DNA of 64,000 nt from an uncultured Methanosarcinales archaeon. Lineage in GTDB: Archaea > Nanobdellota > Nanobdellia > Woesearchaeales > CAYVYK01. A program made the position numbers and the translations under genes. The stretch covers positions 1 to 64,000 of the forward strand of contig CAYVYK010000004.1 in assembly GCA_964455675.1 (NCBI GenBank). The letters are read 5' to 3'. Each line of letters begins with the position of its first letter. Position 1 is the stretch's first letter. Below the pieces are notes generated by a model that was not told the DNA's origin, did no database searches, and was given only the letters and a program-made list of their open reading frames with translations. This document shows, piece after piece, positions 31,601-39,761 of the stretch.

Positions 31601-34600
31601 CTTTCAAACTCAGATCGAATAATTCGTCGTCCGTTGCGTCCATGACACGTACCTGGCAGATGATCGTATTATTGCTGCCATACCCGACAAGATTCAACGC
31701 GCGAAGGTCAGATTCGCTTGTGGCATCCGGAGCATTTGATCGGTTGACAACGAGAGCACGAATGCTGCGAGCGCTCGCGGAGTTCTCGAGGAATGGAATG
31801 TTATTGATCCTGCACCAAATGCCCCTATTATGGTTCGCTTCGACCGTCAGCTCCTGAACATCCAAGGGGTCAACACCAGGAGGAAGAGTGAAGTTATGGT
31901 AATAGAATATTGAACCATACGAAGAGTCCCCATCCCAATTAAAGTCGGCACCAGCAGGCTTTGGAATCCAGCCGTCATCAAGCTGAACACTCGTGAGATT
32001 CGTGGTGCATCTGGAAAATGCGCTGTCTACAAACGAGCATCGCTGGTAATCTTGAGTAGGAGAACCAGCGCTGCTCGTCCGTTGGTAATTATAATTCCCT
32101 CTCGCACTCATGTAGTACTGCCGATAACGGTGCCTGGAACCGGTCATGGTCCTTGAAAAACCGGATATTGGCTTTGCGTCGGTTGACTGGTCCGTTGCAC
32201 GTATCTCAAAGAGGTAGCATTCCTGCTCAGAATCACCTTCGAAGCATTCGCAATGGAAGCGAAGCGTACTGCTCCCATTAAACGACTTGATGTACGGATG
32301 ATCCTCGATACCATCGCACGTGTGTAAGTACCCCGTGCTGCCATAGAGTTCAGACACCGCATATCCGTCAGTCATTGGATGGAATTCCGCGTAACATTTC
32401 CGGACGAGCGGGCTGTAGCACTTGCAGTTGCCATCAGGATTGCTGCCTGAACACTCCGTCCCATAGGAATTATCACAGATCTTTTTCACTCCATTAAAGT
32501 TTGGTACGCCAAGACTAGTAAAATTTGAAAAGTCGTCAACTCCAAGATCAGAGCCAAGATTAAGATTGCGACACTCATCCTCAAACTGATATGCAGTCAT
32601 TTGAGCGTCGTCGTCCCCTGTGATGATAAAATAACCGTTCTGAACAGGTTCAGGCAAATTAATATGGTGGCTGAGGTTAAAGACACGGACATGATCAGCA
32701 TCTGCACGGACAACAAAGATGCGCGCGTCAGGGAGGAGCGTACCAAGGAGCACAGGGTCATTATCATCCCACAATTCGCTTCCTGCGTTCAACACTCTTA
32801 CTCGAGGAATGACAACACAGGAATGAATTGAGGTGTTACCACATGGCCGCAACGGATCAGAATTATCACAAATAGTGATCGCTTTCTGGATCATGTGAGC
32901 CCCATCATATCCTGGGGCAGGTAAATCATGGATCTGTGTAGGATTGACGCACTGATCGGCTATCAACGATCGGAATGACGGATAATTTGTTGTTTTTCCC
33001 GCCGAATAATCGATCGTCACCCTATCTGTGGCATTGGATAAACTGCCGCTCGTATAGAGGTAGCCAACACTTCCCTCAAGATCGCAGAACACATTCTCAA
33101 TGAGAGGGTTCATGATATTGCAGTCGCGTGGAGCGAGCGCGCTCAAGTTATAATACCTGGCAAGGTCGGTCCAACCGTACTCGGGTTGATCAAAGTCGGT
33201 TCTAGGTGTATAATACTTGAAGATATGAGCGCATTCCGCAATCTCACTGTAGCGACAAGGGGTCGTCGAGGAGGAACAAATCGTATGTCTCCAATCTCCA
33301 ACGGTTGGAATGTTGGGATAATTATCAAAATCCTGGCAGAAGCGCTTCGCCACATAGAACGAATTCATTCTGCTCGGTGTTGATGTTGCCATCAAATCAC
33401 GCTCATACATCCTGATGACCGAAAGATCCTTTCCGTCAATCATAACTCCTGCCTTTGAGAACTTCTTGACCTCTTGGTTATTTTCCTGCTCGCACAATGT
33501 TTCAGGAGAAGGAACATCGGATGGTGTCGACGTATATACTGGTTCGTAATGGATGAGGATTGTCTCTGTACCTGCAGGACAGGGACCTGCCTCGTACATT
33601 AGGGTTCCGTAGTTGGTTCTGCAGGAGTTAAGATTCAGGGTAACTTTGTTTGAGGCGTTGCATTGCTGGGGAAGGTAGTAATTCTGCGTTTGTTCGATTA
33701 AATAATCCCCGTTTGCTGGGGGTGCTGCGCCGCATGCAGGCTTAAAGCAGAGCGGGGGGCTTGTCAAACAGCATGCGGGAATGTCATACGTCGTATTGTA
33801 GTAACGTGCCCAGTAGCCGCCGCAATACTTGGGACTTCCGGTATAAGAATTACAGGTTCCGCCTGAAGTACCCGGGACGCACCAGACACTTGAATTCACA
33901 TGACCTGTCTGCGGAAAAGCACCCTCACACGTGACGGGTCCCCACTGTGCAGGAACGTTCTGCAGCAAACATGTTGTTGGAGTGATAGGCTCAGGATGCT
34001 TGTTCAGAGTATAATTTATACCTGGAATAGTGCTATCATACGATACCTGACAATACCCAAGGTCATGGCATAACGCCGAAGTGGTTGTACTGCCTGATCC
34101 TTGAACGACCATGATGTTGTCAAGCGCAAACCCCTTTCCAACTTGAGCTCCAGGTTGGAACGCAATCTTTCCGTACGGAATCGGATTACTGATATCTTTA
34201 AACCGCCCAATAAAGGTATCGTCCGGACCAAAGACCTCGATAGTCGCGGTATCTGATCCCTGCACGGATATTCGGTATATTCCATTTTTAATTGCAGGCT
34301 CTGATTTGTACGTATAACTCCCTAATATGGTTGGAACCCCGATACGCACTTTCAATGCGGTAATTATAGGCTGCTTGGAGAGAGGAGCTTCAGAAAACTG
34401 CAATTGGTAATAATCATTATTCCCTAAATATCGCAGGTACACGTTCATGCTCTGCCAAGTATCGATGACTTCGATTCGCAGATTGTATGACAGCGTGTAA
34501 TTACGCCAGTTGGACTCATCGCCGGCTGGAAGCTTCAGGATTGATCCTGAACGATTCACAACAGCCATTTTTACAGGGATACCAAGAGGAGAAGCGCTTG

Positions 34601-37600
34601 GTCCTTGAAGTCCTGCTGCAGACCAGTACCTCCATGACGAAGGAGATGGATCCCATTTACCGAATGAATTGAGGTCCTTGTCGATAGCCTCGAGATTAAA
34701 GTTGTCGTAAAAAAGCGTCGCTCCACAATGCTCTTCGGGAACAATGCGATCGCGCTTTTCGCGAAGCGAAAAATTGTATACGGTAACAAACTGTCTGGCA
34801 TTCGTCGTGTTTGCCACAAAGCCAATAAGACCATCAGGATAAAGATCATCTGAAACGCTCGCCTCAACATACGATCCGTCAGGTTTTGTGATGTTAAAAT
34901 AGATACTCTCATAATTTGCGCTGAGGAGGAAATGATAATTCCCGTCAACGTGAGGAAAGGATATATATGATTGATCATCGTCAAAGACAAGCTGGGTCTC
35001 AGTGCGATCGCCAGCGCTCTCGGATACACGGGAAAAGGTGATTCTCGCAGTTCCGCTATCTGCCACATACTTGAGCAGATAGTATCTTCGATCAGATATG
35101 CTTGAATTCACATGCCTTATAGCGATGCCATACTCCAAATCCTGAGTACGTGTGGCGTTGATGTACGCATCGTGCTCGAGCAGCGTGTCGCCAGTCCATT
35201 CGCTGAGTGTACTGAACTTAGGGTACCAAAATACTGACTTGCCAGGAATGTTGTTTGGCTCACGATACGTGATGTTATTATTTCCGATAACCCACGTTCC
35301 CTTGTCACCGGCGAAATCCGCCCAGGTCGATGAGAAACGGAAGAGAGATCTCTCAAACTCGCTATCCTCTGTTGATGCACCCTGAAAATAGAAATCCCTG
35401 TGCACGTTAATCGGCTCGCTGAGACATTCCGACATGCTCCCTGACAGGTCAGTGACAAGAGCGATATCCGTTTTGCGCACTTCTCGAAAACCAAGCCTGT
35501 AAGGAATTGTACCAAATGACATGTTGTTATATTGAACGCTGCCAGACGGAACGCCGGGATTATGAGTTTCGCTTACCGTGTGATTCCTAAGATGGAGATC
35601 CACGATCACGTACTCCCAATCATCACTGGGCGATTTATCGACAACAACCTCTGTCCCATTGCCAGAATACAGGGTGTTGGTTCCAGGAAATCGCAATTGA
35701 CCTGCCTCCCCAATGCTCGTGTAGATAACTGAATCTCCGATCGTAAAGAAGAGATTACCCTGATCCTGAGCCCTGCGGTTATACTCAAAATGCACGTTGA
35801 TACCACTAAGCTGCCCAAGCACGTCAAAAGAACTGAACAGGTTGAGCGCGGGAGATACTCCGCCAAGAGTTGGCTGGTATGGTGGATCACCGTCTCCCAT
35901 AACTCCAGAGAGATAGTGGCGCTCAGTAATGTTTCGCGACGCAGAGCCGTACATGATTTCAGGCGTATCATAGGATACTCGTATGTATCCTCCACCAACA
36001 AACTGCCGCTTAGAGAGCGTGCCAAAGAAGTTTGGGCTTCGAGAGAAGTCCATTGTCAGCAAATTCAAGCCCTGGTGGATGGCAGATAGATTGTAGCGCC
36101 CCTCATCAAGCCCATCATAATCTGGCCAAGAACCATCAACCAGAGTAACGAGCTGATTCGGATACACAGTGATCGGGATACTCGATAAAGACAAATGCGC
36201 CGTCGCTATTTTGTCGGGATCATACACCGCAGGCTCAACAGTCTGGAGTTGCAGATAGGAGTATGCATCAATGTCAGCGGATGGAAGATAAATTGTTGGA
36301 TCGCTCGCTTGATCCTTGTTCTGGATCCTCATCTTCCTCCGGATGGTTTGTCCATACAAATAGTTCACTTTTGAATCATACGTGTTATACTGCCGGAGAT
36401 AGACACCAATCCCGCCAGTAGCAAACGTACCCCACTCACCTTCACGCAGTAGAATCCATTCTGAACCCGGATCCTTTGTGAATTTGACGACGTTAGGCTG
36501 GCCAACAACAGATTCTACCTTTATGTCATAACCATCGGGCGCCATCCAGGTATCCCCTAACAGCTGCTCATGGTAGATATCACCAACAAGGATATCAATA
36601 CATGGAACACTGCCGGGGACTGGCACACCCCCTTCAAGATATGACACTATGCATGACAGTGAAGGATAGCCAATAGGCGTGACATTGACAACGAAAAGCT
36701 CGCGGTAATCAGGAAACTGAACGATCAAATGACGCATGACATAACTCAGGTTTGCGGTCGGCTTGCGATAGTCCAAGAGCACAGTATTCCCGTTCGTATT
36801 TGAGACGTTAAGCAAGAAATTGTTTCCCGCATCAACTTCGACATAGACGGCGCTTGCCAGCTGCTGCCCCACGTAAGGAGCTGGCATATCCAGCACTTTC
36901 TGAATTCGTCCGTCCCCAACGTACCCACCATAATAGATGTACTTCAGATCAGCCTCGGAAAGGTCACGGAGGAATATCGTTGCAGAAGCTCCAAGCGCGT
37001 CTTCTTGAGCCTGAAGTCCTGTTATCATGTGATGCATGCTGTAGAGATTACGTGTTGGTTCCTTCTCACGAACAGTGATCTCCTCACCACCAAGCAGCAT
37101 CTGGAATCCAAATTGAGGAGGAACGAGGGGACCTAGGATTTGTTCTGCGAGCTGACGCGCAAACTCGCGCTCACCGACGGAATACAGCACTCCCAAGAGT
37201 TCGAGAAGGGAAGCCTCGTCGCGATACTGTCCAATGTGCAGCAGTTCACTCTCGATGTCAAAAGAGAAATTCCTAAAGTACAACCCGTATGACGTTGGAT
37301 CGGAAGACTGAATCTCCCAAAAATTATCAGCACGCAAGATACCTGCGTACGGAATATCAGAGTACACTCCGCCATTATAGTAGAATTTATTTGGGGATTG
37401 CGCAAACGGGATGTAGTACCCACCGAGAATCTGGCTTATCTGAAGCCATCCGTATTTTGCATTATCCATCACGTTATAGGTAAGATCTGCTCCACCAATG
37501 ATAGCTGACGAGGTGTTTGTGAGTGATGCATTCATGAGCAGGTAGTCGCCATTCACAAGTTCCAATCGAAGGGAGGACGTGCCATAGATAACAGCATTTT

Positions 37601-38231
37601 CCATCCGACGGAGCATGATTCCGTTTGATACTGTTACCGGAAGATACAGCGAAGGAGCGCGAAGAACATTGCGAAAACCCTCCGCATAGTCCTCCTCATC
37701 AAGATATGGCAGACCATCACCTGACGCGTCGTTGCATGCCCAATCGACATCACCTCCCGCTGCGATATCCTCAAATTCTGCAGGAGAAATCAGGAATTTG
37801 ATCCGATGCTTTGCAGGATCAGCGCATGTCGTATCATTAAACACCCACACCTTTTTCTCGCCAACGAGAAGCTGGTTTGTTGTATGCTCAAGATCCAAGG
37901 GACCTGTTGCTTGGATTACTGTGACATTCTGAGTTTTACCGACGAGAATCTCAAGCAACACAGGATATTCCGGCGTAGAGTTCACAACACCGATAAATAG
38001 TGTATCACGATACACGTAATCATGGAAGTTGAGGTCGTTCACACGCACAGTGCTCAGCACCCGTGTAAGATCCTTTGCGATCAATACAATCTGGTCAGAA
38101 GGATTCTTCGCCTGAAACATATAGATCGAGAATATCGAAACGATGCCAAGAATACCAATAACTGCGATAAGGACGTCTAGACTAAAGAAATATCCTTTAC
38201 TTTTGACCACCCTACGATGCAATAACGCCAC
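28593..38231 (-). CDS. Giant (3212 aa) surface protein with class III signal peptide and split VWA domain
   Basis: KSKG|YFFSLDVLIA; MIDAS DLSGSM near aa 930; TCISCA, VLLMTDG and FYTIDFG near the C-terminus; Cys-rich and lectin-like inserts; start may be a downstream GTG. Confidence 0.85.
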   Translation of the reverse strand: MALLHRRVVKSKGYFFSLDVLIAVIGILGIVSIFSIYMFQAKNPSDQIVLIAKDLTRVLSTVRVNDLNFHDYVYRDTLFIGVVNSTPEYPVLLEILVGKTQNVTVIQATGPLDLEHTTNQLLVGEKKVWVFNDTTCADPAKHRIKFLISPAEFEDIAAGGDVDWACNDASGDGLPYLDEEDYAEGFRNVLRAPSLYLPVTVSNGIMLRRMENAVIYGTSSLRLELVNGDYLLMNASLTNTSSAIIGGADLTYNVMDNAKYGWLQISQILGGYYIPFAQSPNKFYYNGGVYSDIPYAGILRADNFWEIQSSDPTSYGLYFRNFSFDIESELLHIGQYRDEASLLELLGVLYSVGEREFARQLAEQILGPLVPPQFGFQMLLGGEEITVREKEPTRNLYSMHHMITGLQAQEDALGASATIFLRDLSEADLKYIYYGGYVGDGRIQKVLDMPAPYVGQQLASAVYVEVDAGNNFLLNVSNTNGNTVLLDYRKPTANLSYVMRHLIVQFPDYRELFVVNVTPIGYPSLSCIVSYLEGGVPVPGSVPCIDILVGDIYHEQLLGDTWMAPDGYDIKVESVVGQPNVVKFTKDPGSEWILLREGEWGTFATGGIGVYLRQYNTYDSKVNYLYGQTIRRKMRIQNKDQASDPTIYLPSADIDAYSYLQLQTVEPAVYDPDKIATAHLSLSSIPITVYPNQLVTLVDGSWPDYDGLDEGRYNLSAIHQGLNLLTMDFSRSPNFFGTLSKRQFVGGGYIRVSYDTPEIMYGSASRNITERHYLSGVMGDGDPPYQPTLGGVSPALNLFSSFDVLGQLSGINVHFEYNRRAQDQGNLFFTIGDSVIYTSIGEAGQLRFPGTNTLYSGNGTEVVVDKSPSDDWEYVIVDLHLRNHTVSETHNPGVPSGSVQYNNMSFGTIPYRLGFREVRKTDIALVTDLSGSMSECLSEPINVHRDFYFQGASTEDSEFERSLFRFSSTWADFAGDKGTWVIGNNNITYREPNNIPGKSVFWYPKFSTLSEWTGDTLLEHDAYINATRTQDLEYGIAIRHVNSSISDRRYYLLKYVADSGTARITFSRVSESAGDRTETQLVFDDDQSYISFPHVDGNYHFLLSANYESIYFNITKPDGSYVEASVSDDLYPDGLIGFVANTTNARQFVTVYNFSLREKRDRIVPEEHCGATLFYDNFNLEAIDKDLNSFGKWDPSPSSWRYWSAAGLQGPSASPLGIPVKMAVVNRSGSILKLPAGDESNWRNYTLSYNLRIEVIDTWQSMNVYLRYLGNNDYYQLQFSEAPLSKQPIITALKVRIGVPTILGSYTYKSEPAIKNGIYRISVQGSDTATIEVFGPDDTFIGRFKDISNPIPYGKIAFQPGAQVGKGFALDNIMVVQGSGSTTTSALCHDLGYCQVSYDSTIPGINYTLNKHPEPITPTTCLLQNVPAQWGPVTCEGAFPQTGHVNSSVWCVPGTSGGTCNSYTGSPKYCGGYWARYYNTTYDIPACCLTSPPLCFKPACGAAPPANGDYLIEQTQNYYLPQQCNASNKVTLNLNSCRTNYGTLMYEAGPCPAGTETILIHYEPVYTSTPSDVPSPETLCEQENNQEVKKFSKAGVMIDGKDLSVIRMYERDLMATSTPSRMNSFYVAKRFCQDFDNYPNIPTVGDWRHTICSSSTTPCRYSEIAECAHIFKYYTPRTDFDQPEYGWTDLARYYNLSALAPRDCNIMNPLIENVFCDLEGSVGYLYTSGSLSNATDRVTIDYSAGKTTNYPSFRSLIADQCVNPTQIHDLPAPGYDGAHMIQKAITICDNSDPLRPCGNTSIHSCVVIPRVRVLNAGSELWDDNDPVLLGTLLPDARIFVVRADADHVRVFNLSHHINLPEPVQNGYFIITGDDDAQMTAYQFEDECRNLNLGSDLGVDDFSNFTSLGVPNFNGVKKICDNSYGTECSGSNPDGNCKCYSPLVRKCYAEFHPMTDGYAVSELYGSTGYLHTCDGIEDHPYIKSFNGSSTLRFHCECFEGDSEQECYLFEIRATDQSTDAKPISGFSRTMTGSRHRYRQYYMSARGNYNYQRTSSAGSPTQDYQRCSFVDSAFSRCTTNLTSVQLDDGWIPKPAGADFNWDGDSSYGSIFYYHNFTLPPGVDPLDVQELTVEANHNRGIWCRINNIPFLENSASARSIRALVVNRSNAPDATSESDLRALNLVGYGSNNTIICQVRVMDATDDELFDLSLKVQYYQGGVLQSSRTIIPLGDAAWLKHPQSLYCGGFASDSHFPDCEYGQITDSCEGVYPYTLPEVNHSYLFFSGGYTYYLDKSTSRLASNLDDVQAGRNLRHANGTLIPQRVNWDFEDYDVCNDPDPFELGWKPVPSVFWNVSFTQRILLLTDIVSYWPSCEGSMAYLNEVIATALISSKTLLWSTSALFFSDPSLHFIDPRLNNELDNQYELSYSPQYSGATGDPKRVRYHLLTKDSVGYINDSLPLYYGDYFPGLQIDDTSSHSAERASELLLSLYPVFNYSDPSGSCQQNYCIPPIGSAECQICPAIKVKLARMLDRQFVESMYDKQAGSIILVDYGSSANGFCDLDPGDPDNFCGDPSPPNFVNETNRSKYYSLYEPATAEANLAKLDEAISEYSPRITGMSTCISCAVRKAVNALLYDVYNPLNPAATEDGFVEFAQTDVRGVHDKAVLLMTDGIANTCWRRDGTCYYGYSMLHDVENRELIDFYLNVDWYSLDQGNLPGMQSDLHWENTTLRRECKMSAGVWGCYEIVNGCYSVAEGGPYDTCELYDHEYSSLCVDDSATPLYNEISECDPANGVADGFVTFLDCDPANPDCKYKREAIYEACYEGQHKARNQSLRLTFYTIDFGIGANDPERALKTIAECSNGVYFKGDNTDELQSIYSLVANEILFSSQSIEGVSVPSTLMNNSYIEYSYQPTSYIDTAFGDVVITRETDSFKKSDFRSSTGAHYAESMFQWPAHVRLQNVELLSYSSSNWTAETWVYAPSNPDYASAQNVFNVSTFLTEEQGTFLTVGDPFKLRLPLRSATGSFFSHGNNTIYLAVQSAPLDLPNFPSLSSKIIYTMLLSTVTASPSFAPRSLGCYWQIQFQTGITQVWPFPANPPPSSVDICNYRTIYLCYDADSLDIDTSFAPWVNQSEYCKEEAKIDITVGFPTHLPIIITQDAVNGATYAFLKKLDLNSESERDGVIGIPFDLSDVVLQVNSRNIPYIIGPVEMELRVWN

Positions 38232-38366
38232 CTCTTTTCTAAGATCTATCCTAAGAGAGAATGTATATAAATCTTTGCGATCACATGCTTTTATAGGAAC
38301 AGCACCAATTCGCTCCTTTCAAATGCTCCACAATGTTAATATAATCAAGAGTGTAGGATACGTATC

Positions 38367-39059
38367 ATGCATAGGGCGTATGCCATCATCGTAGTTGTAC
38401 TTTTGTATGTAGTTTCTGCTGTGTCAGTCGCTGCGGTGTTTACCGATGATTGGGGCGACTGGGAGCCAACGCCAACAATAACCCCAACTCCAACAGAAAG
38501 CCCATCATTGACTCCAACACCTTCGCCCTCATTAACTCCAACACCAGCACCTCCACAAGACGAGGAAAGCTACCTTTTCTTCCTGCTGCTCTTTGTGGGA
38601 AGCCTTATCGTGAACCTAGCGCTTATCGCAATAGTCATCATCATTACGAAGAAAAAACCCAAGCCAGAGACAAAACCGATTATACGACCAATTCCAAAAC
38701 CGGTGCCAAAGATGCATCTCCTTGCAGAGTACGTACGAAAAAACCAAAAGAAGGTACAAAGCGCAAAAATGCGTTCATTTCTCGAAGAAAAAGGGTATCC
38801 AAAATCTTGGGTGAACAACGCATTTGATGAAGCTCAAGTGAATGCTGCGCCCACGCCCGCAATTGTCAAATTACCTAAGCTTGTGGTGCCATCGCCCCCA
38901 GAACCGGTGGCAGAGTATCAATCAAACGAGCCCGTGCAGAGAATAGAAAAACCCAAAGAGGACCCTATCGACGCACTACGAAAGAAGACAGCATTTGACA
39001 AGCTCCGTGCGACATTAAAGCCAAGAGAAAACGCAAAACGTGATGGCACAGAAAACTGA
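38367..39059 (+). CDS. Membrane protein with Pro/Thr-rich linker
   Basis: Signal peptide, PTPTITPTPTESPSLTPTP, single TM, basic tail. Confidence 0.7.
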   Translation: MHRAYAIIVVVLLYVVSAVSVAAVFTDDWGDWEPTPTITPTPTESPSLTPTPSPSLTPTPAPPQDEESYLFFLLLFVGSLIVNLALIAIVIIITKKKPKPETKPIIRPIPKPVPKMHLLAEYVRKNQKKVQSAKMRSFLEEKGYPKSWVNNAFDEAQVNAAPTPAIVKLPKLVVPSPPEPVAEYQSNEPVQRIEKPKEDPIDALRKKTAFDKLRATLKPRENAKRDGTEN

Positions 39060-39077
39060 ATGAAAAAATTTCTGTCG

Positions 39078-39356
39078 TTAACCTATTGCTCGACGAACGT
39101 CAGTAACATCAACCGAATTGACATTTGGCAACGCCGCAATCTTCTTCTCCATGTGCTCCGTAGAACCTTTCGCCTCATCACAGACGAAGATGAACTGAAG
39201 CTCCTGCAAACCAAAAGCGACTGGATTTTTACTAACCCTAATCTCTCCCTTGCCAGCAAACGCGACGATATGCTTCTTAACTTCTGAAGCGATCGCGTCA
39301 AGATCAGAATCAACACCCTCAGGCATTACCTTCATCGTTACGACGACGTTTGCCAT
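39078..39356 (-). CDS. ef1b: Translation elongation factor aEF-1beta
   Basis: VVVTMKVMPEGVDSDL, PVAFGLQEL, VNSVDV. Confidence 0.93.
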   Translation of the reverse strand: MANVVVTMKVMPEGVDSDLDAIASEVKKHIVAFAGKGEIRVSKNPVAFGLQELQFIFVCDEAKGSTEHMEKKIAALPNVNSVDVTDVRRAIG

Positions 39357-39529
39357 CAGTTTGGCCCCTCAAAACCACACTTCTTACACGTGTATTTTGC
39401 ACCGATCCTTCGAGCAGTATAGCTGCGAGCTATGACTTCCTCGCCGCAATTCGGGCACGGAAAGAGCACACTCCCCACATCGTTTGCTATCGGCGCGTTC
39501 ATGGATGAACAGACTTTTGATTTTTGCAT
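39356..39529 (-). CDS. Zn-ribbon protein (DUF1610/HVO_2753-like)
   Basis: FPCPNCGE..YTCKKCGFEGP; conserved position upstream of aEF-1beta. Confidence 0.88.
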   Translation of the reverse strand: MQKSKVCSSMNAPIANDVGSVLFPCPNCGEEVIARSYTARRIGAKYTCKKCGFEGPN

Positions 39530-39761
39530 GAAATTCACCAAGAAGGCGGGGTTTCGCTGGCTTTATATAGCTTGTGGTTGTGCCCATAATTCTTACCGCT
39601 GCGCCTAAGCCCAAGGAGCGCTGTATCCTCGTGGCGAAGAACTGTCCATAGGATGCTATAGTGGCAAGCAGTACAACACGGCAGATCGTTCTTCGTCTTT
39701 CCAAAGTTACAAAAAAAGTATTTAAAAGACCAAAAGTGCAGTCACAGGTAGGGGGTAAGAG

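Noticed and set aside
28593..38231. Intein or diversity-generating-retroelement target within the giant gene
   Set aside because: No intein splice motifs seen, and no reverse transcriptase or TR/VR repeat pair noticed in the window
38466..38555. DNA tandem repeats (ACTCCAACAC-like)
   Set aside because: Explained by the coding Pro/Thr linker
39530..39761. 230-bp intergenic region as a small RNA or ORF
   Set aside because: Contains divergent TATA boxes; no convincing structure, C/D boxes or coding signal
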